This document shows positions 9,029 through 18,628 of a DNA stretch of 26,741 nt, piece by piece; within the stretch, counting starts at the first letter, position 1; each line of letters opens with the position of its first letter. The DNA lies in the IMG/VR virus record IMGVR_UViG_3300043388_000009, positions 1-26,741 of that record. The stretch is one strand, 5' to 3'. The translations under genes and the position numbers were made by a program. This stretch comes from a virus (Duplodnaviria; Caudoviricetes). The notes below the pieces were generated by a model. The model had not been told where the DNA came from and made no database searches. It was given only the letters and a program-made list of their open reading frames with translations.

Positions 9029-10090
9029 CTACTTGCCTCGGACCGTCGTCATCTTGGCCGAGGTCTGCGGGCCGAACTGCCCATCGGAAGTCAGTCCGTT
9101 CTTGCTCTGCCAGTACTTGAGGGCCGGGTCGCTGGCGTCACCGAACAGGTTGTCGGTGGGCTTGCCGCTGCCGATCTTGTCCTTGTCCACCCACTCGGGG
9201 TTGTAGATCGGCTTGCCACCATCGGCAGGCAGCGTCGGCATCGAGCAGAGGATCGCCTGCAACTCCTGCACGTTGTGGTGCACGACCCCCTTGATCAACT
9301 GCGGGTTGCCGGGCGGCGTCTTGGCGTTGGTCCCGTAGGTCACCCACTCGGCGCCCGTCGTCGGGGGCTTGGGTCCGGGCGGCGGCGTGGTGGAGCCAGT
9401 CGGCAGCTTGAGCACGTCGCCGGGATGCAGCATCGTGTTCATCGTGGAAGGAGGGTTGGCGGCGACGAGCGCCGAAGGCGTGCACTTCGACTTGGCGGCG
9501 ATGCTGTGCCAGGAATCACCCGACACGACGGTGTAGGTGTTGGGCTGCTCAGGGGGATGAGGCTGCGTCGGCGGCGCACCGGGGATCTTCCAGTTCTGCG
9601 GGCCGGGCGACCCGGCCTTCTGCCACTGCGCCACGCTGTGCGGGAACTCGGTGAACTGGAAGTGCCAGATCTCGCCACCCCAGGTGGCCTGCTCCAGGCC
9701 ATAGCGCTCGCAGTTGAGCGCCGCCCACTTGAGGTCACCGATGGCATCGACGGCGGCGGAAGAACCCTGCACGACCGTCTCGTGGAACGAGCGCCCAGGC
9801 GGGGCGGCGTGAGCCATGCCCTTGTTGAGGGCGTAGCGCTTGCCGTTGTACTGGCAGCAGCCACCGCTCGACACGACGTGGTGACGCTCCAGGAACACAC
9901 GCTCCTGCTGAGCCGTGGTGCGCCCGGCGCCGCCGATGCCGAGCTTGCCACCACCAGCAACCATCAGCCCGGAGAAGCGCTTCCAGTACTCACTGTGGAG
10001 CAGAGCCACCGGGGTCTTGGCTCGCATCTGATCGAGCGTGAGCATGCTCGGTGGGCTGGCGTAGCCGTAGGGGTACTTGACCTCAGCCAT
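9029..10090 (-). CDS. Endolysin: M15 (VanY/D-Ala-D-Ala-type) Zn peptidase + LysM + peptidoglycan-binding domain
   Basis: GRT..Q, APPGRSFHE, AVD and EIWHFQ are the M15 Zn-ligand motifs. YTVVSGDSWHSIAAK...LVAAN...LHPGDVLKLP is LysM. VQELQAIL...FGDASDPALKYWQSKNGLTSDGQFGPQT is PG_binding_1. Confidence 0.9.
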   Translation of the reverse strand: MAEVKYPYGYASPPSMLTLDQMRAKTPVALLHSEYWKRFSGLMVAGGGKLGIGGAGRTTAQQERVFLERHHVVSSGGCCQYNGKRYALNKGMAHAAPPGRSFHETVVQGSSAAVDAIGDLKWAALNCERYGLEQATWGGEIWHFQFTEFPHSVAQWQKAGSPGPQNWKIPGAPPTQPHPPEQPNTYTVVSGDSWHSIAAKSKCTPSALVAANPPSTMNTMLHPGDVLKLPTGSTTPPPGPKPPTTGAEWVTYGTNAKTPPGNPQLIKGVVHHNVQELQAILCSMPTLPADGGKPIYNPEWVDKDKIGSGKPTDNLFGDASDPALKYWQSKNGLTSDGQFGPQTSAKMTTVRGK

Positions 10091-10191
10091 CAGTCGTCGT
10101 CCTCATCGTCGTCGTCGTCGGCCTCGGGGTCGAGCGGGTCGGAGATGAAGTCGTCATCAACTTCGTCGTCGGTGGTGGGATCGTCACTCAT
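10090..10191 (-). CDS. 33-aa extremely acidic peptide
   Basis: MSDDPTTDDEVDDDFISDPLDPEADDDDDEDDD*; TGATG coupling at both ends. Confidence 0.65.
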   Translation of the reverse strand: MSDDPTTDDEVDDDFISDPLDPEADDDDDEDDD

Positions 10192-10472
10192 CAGTGCCTC
10201 AGTTCGTCTACTTGTGCGAGGGTGTCGGTGCTCGGCATGACCATGCTGGTGATGCCGTTGAGGAGGGTGCCCGCCAGGCTGCGCTTCTTCTGAGGTGGCC
10301 CATCGGAGTGCGCTGACCGGGTGGACTTGGGTGCGTACGAGCCACCGAGGGATTCCATCGGGGCAGCAGCGGTGGCGCCTTCGAGAGCGGCACCTTCCCC
10401 GGCTGCGACAGCAGCCCCTTCTCCCGTGGCAGCGATCGCTTCACCGGCTCCAGCCAAGAATGCGAAGGCCAT
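10191..10472 (-). CDS. Ala/Gly-rich small protein
   Basis: Repeated (G)EGAA units in the N-terminal half; SD-like GGAGG/AGGA upstream. Confidence 0.65.
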   Translation of the reverse strand: MAFAFLAGAGEAIAATGEGAAVAAGEGAALEGATAAAPMESLGGSYAPKSTRSAHSDGPPQKKRSLAGTLLNGITSMVMPSTDTLAQVDELRH

Positions 10473-10477
10473 GGTTC

Positions 10478-11044
10478 CTACCTCCCTGGGTAAGGCACTG
10501 TCATACCGGGGTTTGCACGACCCATGCTCCAGGGTGGCGCCTGTGCTGCCAGAGCCGAGCGTCGCTCAGCAGAGGGAGCAGCGGCTGGTCCACCACCATC
10601 GAGGTATCGGGCGCCAACAGGAACCGAGCGCATGCCCACACGACCATCGGTCGGGAGCCTGTCGTCCGGCAGGGATTCTCCGATGCCGGGAGAGACGAAT
10701 CTCACACCGGCTGCCTCAGCTTCGAGTCCAGACCAAAGGTTGAACTCCGGGGGCCAATAGTAGTCCCTCGGCTCGATCCGCTCACCCTTATGGACACCAC
10801 GGGTGTACGGACGGTTGTTCGCTCGGGCCTTCAAGCCATCGAGGAGACGGTCCTGACGCCGTGAGTTGATGGTACCCAGGTATCCATCGGGGTACGTGGC
10901 CTCGGGCGTCGAGCGCCACGACATGCGCAGCGTGTCGAGGTAGTCGTGACCCTGGGGCTGCGGCCCGTAGGTCTGGGCGGGGTTGAACGGTGGCTCAGAG
11001 CCGGGGTACTGGTTCTGCTGCCACTGAGTGAACGATGGAGCCAT
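10478..11044 (-). CDS. Hypothetical phage protein (virion region)
   Basis: 188 aa; TGATG coupling to the tail fibre gene. Confidence 0.75.
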   Translation of the reverse strand: MAPSFTQWQQNQYPGSEPPFNPAQTYGPQPQGHDYLDTLRMSWRSTPEATYPDGYLGTINSRRQDRLLDGLKARANNRPYTRGVHKGERIEPRDYYWPPEFNLWSGLEAEAAGVRFVSPGIGESLPDDRLPTDGRVGMRSVPVGARYLDGGGPAAAPSAERRSALAAQAPPWSMGRANPGMTVPYPGR

Positions 11045-13275
11045 CAGGCGGCCTCCTCCAACTTGCGAACTCGACGGACCAGGGCTTGCATCGATGCTGA
11101 GAGATCCGGCACCAGCTTCGACCAGTCACCACCTGCCGGGGAGAACGGCTCTGGCTCGGTGAACTCTTCGCCCGCCGCCTCGGCCGCATCCTTGCGCTGC
11201 TGCCATGGCACCATGTCGGACTGGACACCGTGGCCCATGGTGACGGCGTTCGGGTTGACAGCAGCCATCTCCTGGGCGATGAAGCCGTGCTCGATCGGGC
11301 CACTCGGGGTGCCCTCCTCGGACTGGTTGCCGTGCTCATCAAACTTCCACTGGAAGGCGACCGGACGCCACAGCATCAGACGTTCCAAGGCCTCGTCGTC
11401 ATCGATGTCGGTGACGTTGCCCTTCCACGGACCATGGCTGGTCTGGTTGAAGTTCACGCCGGTCGTGGCGACTTGGGTGATCGAACCGATCTGAGTCGGC
11501 GTACCTGAGCCACGGCGGAACGTGTGGAACGGCACCGAAGCAGCGTCGGCGGCGCTGATGTGGACACCCCAGCAATAGGCATTGGCGGTGTCGGTGGTCG
11601 AGATGTAGCGACCGTCGTTACGAATGTCGAAGCCAGCCTGGGTGTTGTAGTTGGCGGTGGTACGACCCCACGCCTGGCTGGCACCTTCGAGGCGGGTCGT
11701 CTCGGCGCCCCCGGTGTAATACACGATGACGCCAGGCGTACGGATGTGCATGTCCCCGGCGATCTCGTTGTTGATCCAGAAGTTGCCAGTGTTCATACCC
11801 ATGTACGCCTGGCGGGTGCCGATGGTGTCGGCGTCGGTAGCCGCTGAGTACAACCCGAAGTAGGCCGCCGATGCTCCCCAGACCACCGGGCCGTTGGGCA
11901 TGCGAATGTTGCCATCGGCGTGCACACGGGTGGCGAACTCGTTCACTGCATCGGTGCGGATCGTGTAGCGAACCGACCCAGCAGTGAGGAACTGCAACGG
12001 GATACCAGTGCCACCAGACATACGGAGCCACGACGGGCCGCCCTGCACGTAGCCGTAGCGAGTAGCGAAGGTGGAATCGTAGAACCCGATGTCGGGAGCG
12101 TTGGACCCATCGGTGCGAGCAAGCTGGATCTGCTCGATGGCGGCACTGACTCGCAGCACGCCGCTCATGGAATCGCCAGCCTTGAGCACAGCCAGAGCAT
12201 CGGCCGCTGCCTGAGCGGTGGACACCGGCTTGTTGGCATCACTGGTGTTGTCAACATTCCCAAGTCCGACATCACCCTTGGCCAAGGCGAGGTCGGTCTT
12301 CACCGTGGCCGGTGTGCTGGCGACCCACGCTCCAGCCTTGCGCTGGATCACGGTGTCGTTGGCGGGAGCCAGAGCAGCGATCGCCGTTAGGTCGGAGTCG
12401 AGAGGCTGGCCACCAAGGGTGGTGAGCATGGCCGCCACCGTTGTGTCATCCAACACGGTCTTGGCCGCCGTTGTGACAACACCCGAGTCGAGCATCCACG
12501 TGGCACCACTGCCGCTGACCACAATGTCGCCCTTGTCACCATCGGTGACCGGTGTACGTGCATCTACGTACTGCTTGTTCGCCGCCTCGTTCGAGTTGGT
12601 GGGGTCAGCAGGCAGGGTGAGCGGGAGGTTGGCATTGATCACAGTGCTGCCGATGTACAGCTTCGTGCTACCTGCGATCATCAGCCGCACCGAGTCAGCA
12701 CTGGCATCGATGCGCAGCTTCTGACCGGCCTTCGAGGTGACGCTGGCGGTGTCGTCATCGATCACCACAGCGCCGGTCATGACGCCGCCAGCCTTCGGCA
12801 ACGCTGCGTTGGCGGTGGCGTCGGTGATAGCCAGAGCAGCGATGGTGGCCGCTCCGATGTCGGCTGGCGTGATGGTGTGCCAAGCGGTGGCGAAGTCGGT
12901 GTCCGACGACTTCATCGGGAACTGCCCTATGGAGCCACCAACAGGCAGACCAGGCCCGGTGGCGCCAGTAGGTCCTTGAGGACCAGGCACCGTCGAGTCA
13001 GCACCTGCGGGGCCGGTTGGCCCAGCGGGGCCGGTGCTACCGGTCGCACCAGTCGCTCCCGCTGGCCCCGGCACCGTCGAATCTGCACCCGGTACCCCGG
13101 TATCACCCTTCGGTCCTGTTGGCCCGGCTGGACCTGTCGCTCCCGTCGCACCTGGTGGACCCTGCGGACCGGTCGGACCAGGGGGTTGATTGTCCACGTA
13201 CTGCTTGGTGGCCGCCTCCATCGGGTTGACGGGATCAGCCAAGAGCCGCAGAGTGCTCATCACCTTGATGCTCAC
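11044..13275 (-). CDS. Tail fibre with collagen-like repeats and C-terminal intramolecular chaperone (peptidase S74-like)
   Basis: GXY repeats; two EAAxKQYVD units; [20 protein letters not shown] tail repeat; C-terminal [10 protein letters not shown]...RPVAFQWK...HGFIAQE...DWSKLVPDL...LVRRVRKLE. Confidence 0.9.
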   Translation of the reverse strand: MSIKVMSTLRLLADPVNPMEAATKQYVDNQPPGPTGPQGPPGATGATGPAGPTGPKGDTGVPGADSTVPGPAGATGATGSTGPAGPTGPAGADSTVPGPQGPTGATGPGLPVGGSIGQFPMKSSDTDFATAWHTITPADIGAATIAALAITDATANAALPKAGGVMTGAVVIDDDTASVTSKAGQKLRIDASADSVRLMIAGSTKLYIGSTVINANLPLTLPADPTNSNEAANKQYVDARTPVTDGDKGDIVVSGSGATWMLDSGVVTTAAKTVLDDTTVAAMLTTLGGQPLDSDLTAIAALAPANDTVIQRKAGAWVASTPATVKTDLALAKGDVGLGNVDNTSDANKPVSTAQAAADALAVLKAGDSMSGVLRVSAAIEQIQLARTDGSNAPDIGFYDSTFATRYGYVQGGPSWLRMSGGTGIPLQFLTAGSVRYTIRTDAVNEFATRVHADGNIRMPNGPVVWGASAAYFGLYSAATDADTIGTRQAYMGMNTGNFWINNEIAGDMHIRTPGVIVYYTGGAETTRLEGASQAWGRTTANYNTQAGFDIRNDGRYISTTDTANAYCWGVHISAADAASVPFHTFRRGSGTPTQIGSITQVATTGVNFNQTSHGPWKGNVTDIDDDEALERLMLWRPVAFQWKFDEHGNQSEEGTPSGPIEHGFIAQEMAAVNPNAVTMGHGVQSDMVPWQQRKDAAEAAGEEFTEPEPFSPAGGDWSKLVPDLSASMQALVRRVRKLEEAA
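12949..13179 (-). repeat. Collagen-like Gly-X-Y repeat region with two ADSTVP interruptions
   Basis: [19 protein letters not shown]...GADSTVPGP (twice); boundaries approximate. Confidence 0.85.
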
Positions 13276-13703
13276 TTGATCACCACCACTCGATAGGTGC
13301 CAACAGGAACACTGCCGAAGCGCACGGTCACGGTGTTGACCGTGGTGCGCTCGATCTCACACGTCACCGTGTCGTAGGGCGTCGTCACCCGATACACCTG
13401 GACTTGTACGTCACGTGTGTTGAGGTTGTGGGTCAGGACGTACACCGCCGAGCCACTGACGTTGGCGGCGTAGGAATGCGTGGCGGTATCTCCTCCACCG
13501 CCAGCAGCGCCGACCTCACCCAGCCACACCGGGAAGTCGGCCTTGCCAGCCTGGAAGAAGACCCACCCCATACCCCGGTCTGGTGTGCCGATGAAGTCGA
13601 TGACGTTGATCGGCACATCCCCGAAGACCTGCGGCACGAGCACGGTCAGCGCCGTCGTGCTGGCCGAGACCGCCTTGGCTCGATAGATCGAGGGGTAGAG
13701 CAC
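13272..13703 (-). CDS. Baseplate gp5/gpV-like N-terminal OB domain fused to a small beta-sandwich
   Basis: IYRAKAV...VLVPQVFGD...[17 protein letters not shown] resembles the gp5/VgrG N-terminal 'VwV.F..GD...PVW.G' motif; C-terminal [14 protein letters not shown]. Confidence 0.6.
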   Translation of the reverse strand: MLYPSIYRAKAVSASTTALTVLVPQVFGDVPINVIDFIGTPDRGMGWVFFQAGKADFPVWLGEVGAAGGGGDTATHSYAANVSGSAVYVLTHNLNTRDVQVQVYRVTTPYDTVTCEIERTTVNTVTVRFGSVPVGTYRVVVIK

Positions 13704-13706
13704 CAG

Positions 13707-13997
13707 CTACCTCAGGAAGAGGTGGAAGGTCTGAGCGCTGATCTCGTTGCCGCTGTCGCCAGTGATGGTGTCGAAGCCGATGGTGGTGGCGAGGTCACGG
13801 CCACGTGTGGCGACGAGACCACGGGCGATGGCGATGCCCTTGCACGCCTGACAGATCGCACCGGCTCCGATCGCTCGGACGACTGGCATCTGGTTCTGCT
13901 CGAAGATCGCCTTGTTGATGGACGATGCGACCGCTTGAGGGGGAGTCGTAGCCGACACCCGCATGACCTCGGTGGCGTCTGCTGCCGTTGCTCCCAC
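13707..13997 (-). CDS. spoVS: Stage V sporulation protein S (SpoVS, Alba-like fold)
   Basis: MRVSATTPPQAVASSI...RAIGAGAICQACKGIAIARG...GFDTI aligns with the SpoVS consensus (LKVSAKS.PNSVAGA...AIGAGALNQAVKAVAIARG). Confidence 0.9.
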   Translation of the reverse strand: MGATAADATEVMRVSATTPPQAVASSINKAIFEQNQMPVVRAIGAGAICQACKGIAIARGLVATRGRDLATTIGFDTITGDSGNEISAQTFHLFLR

Positions 13998-14039
13998 GTG
14001 ATGTGCTCCCTAAGCGACTGATATCGCCATAGGACCATA

Positions 14040-14462
14040 TCAGGGTGGGTCTGACCGGGGTATGACCCTCTTGCGCTTCGGAGATAACTGGGAGGTTACC
14101 TCGCTCGATCCATAAGCCCTGGTCAGAAGCACGTTCAGGTACTTGAGCGGCATGATGACGATGGACTCGCCCACGTCGGTCGTGCCCCTGCGCTTGTGGA
14201 TAACTGCGCCCGCCTCGTCTCCGACGTTGGTGACCTCGGCCTCAAGCTCCTTCAACCACGTGCCGATGGCGGCTCGGTCGGTGGTCTTGCGGGAGTTCTT
14301 GGCCTCGATGGTGAAGGGGATGCGCTCGGACAGACAGAGGTCACCCTCGTCGGCGCCGCCCTGCTGGGTACGGCGGTGGGCGAACGGCCAACCGTGCTCC
14401 CGGAGCCAGTTCTTGATTGCCGTCTCCAGCATGGTGCCGAGAGACTTGGCGCTGTTAGCCAC
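14040..14462 (-). CDS. Holliday junction resolvase-like PD-(D/E)XK nuclease
   Basis: NSAKSLGTMLE...DEGDL...IEAKN...VIHKRRG. Start revised to GTG 14462. Confidence 0.8.
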   Translation of the reverse strand: MANSAKSLGTMLETAIKNWLREHGWPFAHRRTQQGGADEGDLCLSERIPFTIEAKNSRKTTDRAAIGTWLKELEAEVTNVGDEAGAVIHKRRGTTDVGESIVIMPLKYLNVLLTRAYGSSEVTSQLSPKRKRVIPRSDPP

Positions 14463-14727
14463 TGGGTTCCACGAAGACCTCGCCACACTTGCGACAGGAC
14501 GACAGGTCGTCAGCGATGGTGAACACGTCGTCGTGGGGGCACGTCTCCTTGCGGCCAGCGTTGCGGCCGGTCTCGATGGCGTTGGCGAACCAGGAGATCA
14601 TCGTGCCCTCGTTGACGATCGGCCTGCCATCGTCGGGACCGTCACCCCACACCAGCAGGTTGTTGAAGATGCGACAGAACTCCTCGGCCCAGATCCTGGC
14701 GTCAGTGGTGTCGTTCAAGGTGCTCAT
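14455..14727 (-). CDS. Hypothetical phage protein
   Basis: DARIWAEEF...MISWFANAIETG; C-terminal CPH...CRKCG. Confidence 0.7.
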   Translation of the reverse strand: MSTLNDTTDARIWAEEFCRIFNNLLVWGDGPDDGRPIVNEGTMISWFANAIETGRNAGRKETCPHDDVFTIADDLSSCRKCGEVFVEPSG

Positions 14728-14942
14728 TCCTCTGTCCCCTCTGTCTCTTGCACTGCCGAGAAGCCACCGACGATCAGGTCGGCCGCCACCAGCAGCGTGG
14801 CGAGCTTGGCTTCACCGACCACGATCAGCCCAGTGACCACGCTGATGAAGGTGATGAGGCCGCCAATGAGCAGACCCCACGCCGCAGGTCGTTCGATGAT
14901 GGCGAAGACACGCAGCACCCGACGACGCAGCAGCCTGAACAC
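14724..14942 (-). CDS. Small 2-TM membrane protein
   Basis: Basic N-terminus, two hydrophobic segments; ATGA coupling downstream. Confidence 0.6.
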   Translation of the reverse strand: MFRLLRRRVLRVFAIIERPAAWGLLIGGLITFISVVTGLIVVGEAKLATLLVAADLIVGGFSAVQETEGTEE

Positions 14943-14951
14943 ACGGTGTAC

Positions 14952-15302
14952 TCAATCAGGAAGTTTCCAGCCCTCCTCGGCGGCCAACTCCGACTGCTGC
15001 TGGAAGTAGTCGGCCACCGCCAGCAGACGATCCTTGACCTCTCCGGTGGTGAGATGCGTAGCCAGGCCGATGACCGAGGCGTACGTGGCGAGGGCAGGAG
15101 CAGCGAGGTAGTCCTGGCGTCGTATCACAACGGCGTCACGGAGATAGACCTTCTCCACCTCGTCCAGCGCCGAGGGCAACACGTACTGAGCGCCCGCCAG
15201 TGATGCCTCGCTGAGCACGTAGCCCAGAAACTGGTAGAAGTCAGAGCGTTTGAACACGATGTACCGGGTGTCCATCGGATCTTCTGGGGTCATGGGTTCC
15301 AT
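14952..15302 (-). CDS. Hypothetical protein
   Basis: YIVFKRSD...DAVVIRRQDYLAAPALATYA...KLPD; the start may be 15293. Confidence 0.7.
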   Translation of the reverse strand: MEPMTPEDPMDTRYIVFKRSDFYQFLGYVLSEASLAGAQYVLPSALDEVEKVYLRDAVVIRRQDYLAAPALATYASVIGLATHLTTGEVKDRLLAVADYFQQQSELAAEEGWKLPD

Positions 15303-15790
15303 CTCTGGTTCCTTCGTTCGGTAGGTGATGTTGAGATACGCCGGGATAGCTCCCGACTAATCAGGTTGACGACTCGCTCGCAGTTGGCGAAGACCACGGA
15401 GGTTGTCTTACGCAACGCATAGGCCTGTATCGCACGGTTGCGTGCGTCCTCGACCTGCTTGTCTTGGGAGAGCGTGTGTCGTGTGCGCTGTATCTCACCC
15501 TTCACGGCCCCCATCATCACCAGATCCTCGGCGTAGCGCAGCGCAGCCTCGGCCCTCGTCTCCTCGATCTCGTACTCGCCCAGCTTGGTGGCGGCGTAGT
15601 TCTGCCAGGCCACGAACTCCGAGAACAGCGTCATCAACCTCGGGTCATTGAGGGCGGTCAGGTCACGGGGGAGGTCAGGTAGCTCGAACTCCGGGGGCTG
15701 ACCCAAGGCGACGCTTTCGGTCTCCGGGTTTGGCCCGGCGTACTCGGACGATGGCGTCCGAGGGATCACTCGCTTGCGTTGCTGCCCCAC
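15290..15790 (-). CDS. Coiled-coil protein, probable UvsY-like recombination mediator
   Basis: Helical, with LISRELSRR at the C-terminus; adjacent to the Cas4-like and RecA genes; SD GGAG before GTG 15790. Function inferred from context. Confidence 0.55.
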   Translation of the reverse strand: MGQQRKRVIPRTPSSEYAGPNPETESVALGQPPEFELPDLPRDLTALNDPRLMTLFSEFVAWQNYAATKLGEYEIEETRAEAALRYAEDLVMMGAVKGEIQRTRHTLSQDKQVEDARNRAIQAYALRKTTSVVFANCERVVNLISRELSRRISTSPTERRNQRWNP

Positions 15791-16685
15791 TGGTCAAGCT
15801 CCAACATGTACTCCGGTACGTGCACGAATGGCAGACAGTACTCTCCGGGGTCTCGGCCCACAACGGTCGGCCAGGAGGTGTACCGATGCGCAGGGCCTCG
15901 GTCACCTCACGTGCCACCTCCAGCACCGGCTCGATCAGGCTCTTGTTGTAGCCGACCACGAACTCCTTGGTCTGCTGGTGGAACTTCGACTCGTAGATGA
16001 ACACGATCTGCTCGTACACCGGCCACGCCATCCACAGGTACAACTGGCCCTGGCGCATGTGCGAGGGGAAGGGGCGGTTGATCTCGAACCAGATCTCCTC
16101 GGCCGTCTTGCCGTCGAGGTACTGGTTGTAGAGCCGGGGCGCCTCGAAGGCCAGGGTCCTGATGCCGATGGACTTGATCTCGATCAGGGTCTGGAGATCG
16201 CCGTCGTCTATGGCACCGTCAGCATGGCCCTCGATCTGCACCGTCTTGCGGCGCAGGGGGTACTCCTTGTAGCCGATGCGGTCGCTCTTGCAGAACTGGC
16301 ACTCGGTCGGTGACTTGGCGAACCACTGGTGGCTGCACTCCCGGCAGCGCCACATGCCGACGAGCACACCCATCTCCCAGAGCCAGGTCTGGTACTTGGC
16401 GTGGATGGTGTGGCCCTCTGCGAACACGTTCTGCATGCGGAAGCTGGGGTTGGCCTTCGACGCCTTCTCCGGGGCGGTGCCGGTGATGCGGTAGAAGTCG
16501 TGGCGTCCGCACCAGTCCTTGTGCGACATGTCGCTGGGGTGCATGTAGTCGGTCGAACGCTCGGGGTCGTCCACGATCGAGCGCATGACGTGGCGCTCGA
16601 TCTTGGGCAGTAAGATACCGCTGGAACCCTTGTATGAATCCTTGAGCCGCTTGAGGGCGCTGTCCTTGAACTCTCGGGCGCTCAC
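15675..16685 (-). CDS. Cas4-family (PD-(D/E)XK, Fe-S) exonuclease
   Basis: HPSD...WCGR, GHTIH, IEGHADG, IEIKS, QGQLY and CxxCxYxxxC (CHSCTYRSTC); extra CxxC...CxxC insert. Confidence 0.9.
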   Translation of the reverse strand: MSAREFKDSALKRLKDSYKGSSGILLPKIERHVMRSIVDDPERSTDYMHPSDMSHKDWCGRHDFYRITGTAPEKASKANPSFRMQNVFAEGHTIHAKYQTWLWEMGVLVGMWRCRECSHQWFAKSPTECQFCKSDRIGYKEYPLRRKTVQIEGHADGAIDDGDLQTLIEIKSIGIRTLAFEAPRLYNQYLDGKTAEEIWFEINRPFPSHMRQGQLYLWMAWPVYEQIVFIYESKFHQQTKEFVVGYNKSLIEPVLEVAREVTEALRIGTPPGRPLWAETPESTVCHSCTYRSTCWSLTSGAATQASDPSDAIVRVRRAKPGDRKRRLGSAPGVRAT

Positions 16686-16966
16686 TGGAGCCGCTCGTCT
16701 CCCTCATCGAGCACGACGAGGCGACGCTTGCCGATCTGGAGGTGCATAGCAGGCTTTCGGCCGCTGGTGATGGCGTTGGTGCGGACCTTCTCCCAGTCCT
16801 CCAGCTTGACGATGATGCTCTTGCGGCCCTCGGTGCCCTTCATCTCCCACAGGTACTCGTCGTCCTTCACGTCGTTCTGATGGAGCCAACCGGAACCTGA
16901 GCCAGGCTGACGCCTACCGCCCCTCAGCTTGGCGACCCGGCGTTCCTGCTGCTCCCATGGCTTCAC
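16682..16966 (-). CDS. Small PD-(D/E)XK Holliday junction resolvase-like nuclease
   Basis: Start revised to GTG 16966 (GTGA overlap with the recA stop); QERRVAK..GG...PGSGSG....DV.....WEMKGT. Confidence 0.75.
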   Translation of the reverse strand: MKPWEQQERRVAKLRGGRRQPGSGSGWLHQNDVKDDEYLWEMKGTEGRKSIIVKLEDWEKVRTNAITSGRKPAMHLQIGKRRLVVLDEGDERLQ

Positions 16967-18030
16967 TTGGTCCTGGCCACACGGCGCTTCGGCTTGGGGT
17001 CCTCGGGCAAAGGTTCGTGGAGCAGAACGTGGCGCACATGACCATCGACCGCCGCCGCCAACTCGGGGTCGGCATCGATGGCGTCCATGACCTTGGCCAC
17101 ACCGTTCCAACGGCGCCCTGCGAAGTAGTACCAGGCACCACGCTGCTCGACCACACCACAGGCCAGGGCCACCGTCGAGATCTGCTTCACCAAGTCGTAG
17201 CTGCCCGCCGTGAACTCCTTGTGGTCATCGAAGTAGAAGTCCACGTTGGCGATGCGCCGAGGTGGTGCCGTCTTGTTCTTGATCGTCTGGCACTTGATGT
17301 TCTGGCCGACCTTGAGCTTGGCCCCGCTGTTGATCCACTCCTCCCGTGCCACCTCCACTCGGGTGAGGAAGGAGTAGTTCTTACCCTTGCCTCCAGGTGT
17401 GATACGGGGGTCAGCGTGGCCGATGACACCGATGCGATCCCGCCACTGGTTGACGAACAGACCGAGGACCGGACGGTCGTACTCGACCAGGCTGCGGCGC
17501 TGGGCGGCGCTCGACTTGCGCATGAACTTGTTGGTCAGCAGGGCACCACGACCGACCGTGAACTCCATCATGCTCTTGTCGTCCTCGTCGGAGGGGATCA
17601 GCGCCGGGAAGGAGTCGATCACCACGGCATCGACGGCCCGCTCATCCATCACGGCGAGCACGGCGTCGTAGGCATCCTCCATCACGTTGGTCATCACGAA
17701 GGTGCAGCGGTCCACGTCCATGCCCAACGCCTCGGCCCAGTCGGGGAAGAAGTCTTCGGAGGCCACCCACAGCGTGTGATAGTCGGGGTTGGTGGCCTGG
17801 TTGGCGGCGATGGTCTTCATGACGAGGGCCGACTTGCCACTCGACTCCATGCCGATGATCTCGTTCCAACAGTTCAGCGGCCAGCCACCACCGAGCATCA
17901 GATCCAGCGCCAGGGCGCCGGTCGTCGCTCTCTGGTAGGTGATGTTGCGCAGATCCGAGCCACGGACCAGGACCTGGGCCTTGGCCTTGGCGTTGATCGA
18001 CTTGATCAGGGCATCGATGACTTCTGGCAC
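16963..18030 (-). CDS. recA: RecA-like recombinase
   Basis: TGALALDLMLGGGWP, Walker A GMESSGKS, Walker B VVIDS, NQWR...TPGG, KNKTAPP, GAWY. Start revised to GTG 18030 with GGAGG. Confidence 0.95.
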   Translation of the reverse strand: MPEVIDALIKSINAKAKAQVLVRGSDLRNITYQRATTGALALDLMLGGGWPLNCWNEIIGMESSGKSALVMKTIAANQATNPDYHTLWVASEDFFPDWAEALGMDVDRCTFVMTNVMEDAYDAVLAVMDERAVDAVVIDSFPALIPSDEDDKSMMEFTVGRGALLTNKFMRKSSAAQRRSLVEYDRPVLGLFVNQWRDRIGVIGHADPRITPGGKGKNYSFLTRVEVAREEWINSGAKLKVGQNIKCQTIKNKTAPPRRIANVDFYFDDHKEFTAGSYDLVKQISTVALACGVVEQRGAWYYFAGRRWNGVAKVMDAIDADPELAAAVDGHVRHVLLHEPLPEDPKPKRRVARTK

Positions 18031-18061
18031 GGCAGCCTCCCAGAGGAGAGACGAGCCTACA

Positions 18062-18454
18062 TCAGGCTCCCCAGGAGGAAGCCATGCCCTGGGTGAACAT
18101 GCCGTCGTTGAAGCCGCAGTTGTAGCAGTGACCAGCAGGCTGCGGCCCACGCTTCGAGACCTGGAGGTTGGCGAAGTACTGGTTGCTCCCGCACTGCGGG
18201 CAGGGGTCGGGGTTGGACTTGGCTCCCGGACCTTGGCGCCAGTTGGCCGCCTGCTGGTAGATGTTCTCGATCGTGACCTTCTCGGTCTGCTGACCGACCT
18301 GCTGGCCGCCGCCGTACTGCGGGACCGGCACGAACTGGGGCGAGAAAGCTGCACCTGCTGGCGCCTGAGGTGCAGGTGTGCCACGAAAGGCTGGTACTTG
18401 GGTATGCCCTCGAACAGCAGCCAGCTTGCGTTGATACCAACCCGTGTCACTCAT
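18062..18454 (-). CDS. Zinc-ribbon hypothetical protein
   Basis: MSDTGWYQRKL...CPQCGSNQYF...CYNCG; start revised to ATG 18454. Confidence 0.75.
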   Translation of the reverse strand: MSDTGWYQRKLAAVRGHTQVPAFRGTPAPQAPAGAAFSPQFVPVPQYGGGQQVGQQTEKVTIENIYQQAANWRQGPGAKSNPDPCPQCGSNQYFANLQVSKRGPQPAGHCYNCGFNDGMFTQGMASSWGA

Positions 18455-18620
18455 GAGCTTGCACCATCCGTACGGCGTCCAACAGGAAGGACAGCAGCGT
18501 ACCGGAGAGCGCAGAGGTGAGGGAGTCCGGGAGACCAAGCTCGTGGACGAGGGTCTCGGCGTAGTCGTCAGCGAGATCAGCCACGTGAGTCATCGGTCGG
18601 TCGCAGAGTGCGGCACCCAT
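18447..18620 (-). CDS. Small hypothetical protein
   Basis: ATG 18620 lies 8 nt after an extended -10 TGTTACCAT; fills the gap between polA and the zinc-ribbon gene. Confidence 0.55.
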   Translation of the reverse strand: MGAALCDRPMTHVADLADDYAETLVHELGLPDSLTSALSGTLLSFLLDAVRMVQAHE

Positions 18621-18628
18621 GTGAACTG

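Noticed and set aside
15675-16685. CRISPR-Cas system suggested by Cas4
   Set aside because: No repeat-spacer array or other cas genes; stand-alone Cas4-like exonucleases are common in phage recombination modules.
18031-18450. 139-aa N-terminal extension of RecA in the ORF track
   Set aside because: It overlaps the zinc-ribbon gene in another frame; a GGAGG-preceded GTG at 18030 gives a normal-length RecA.
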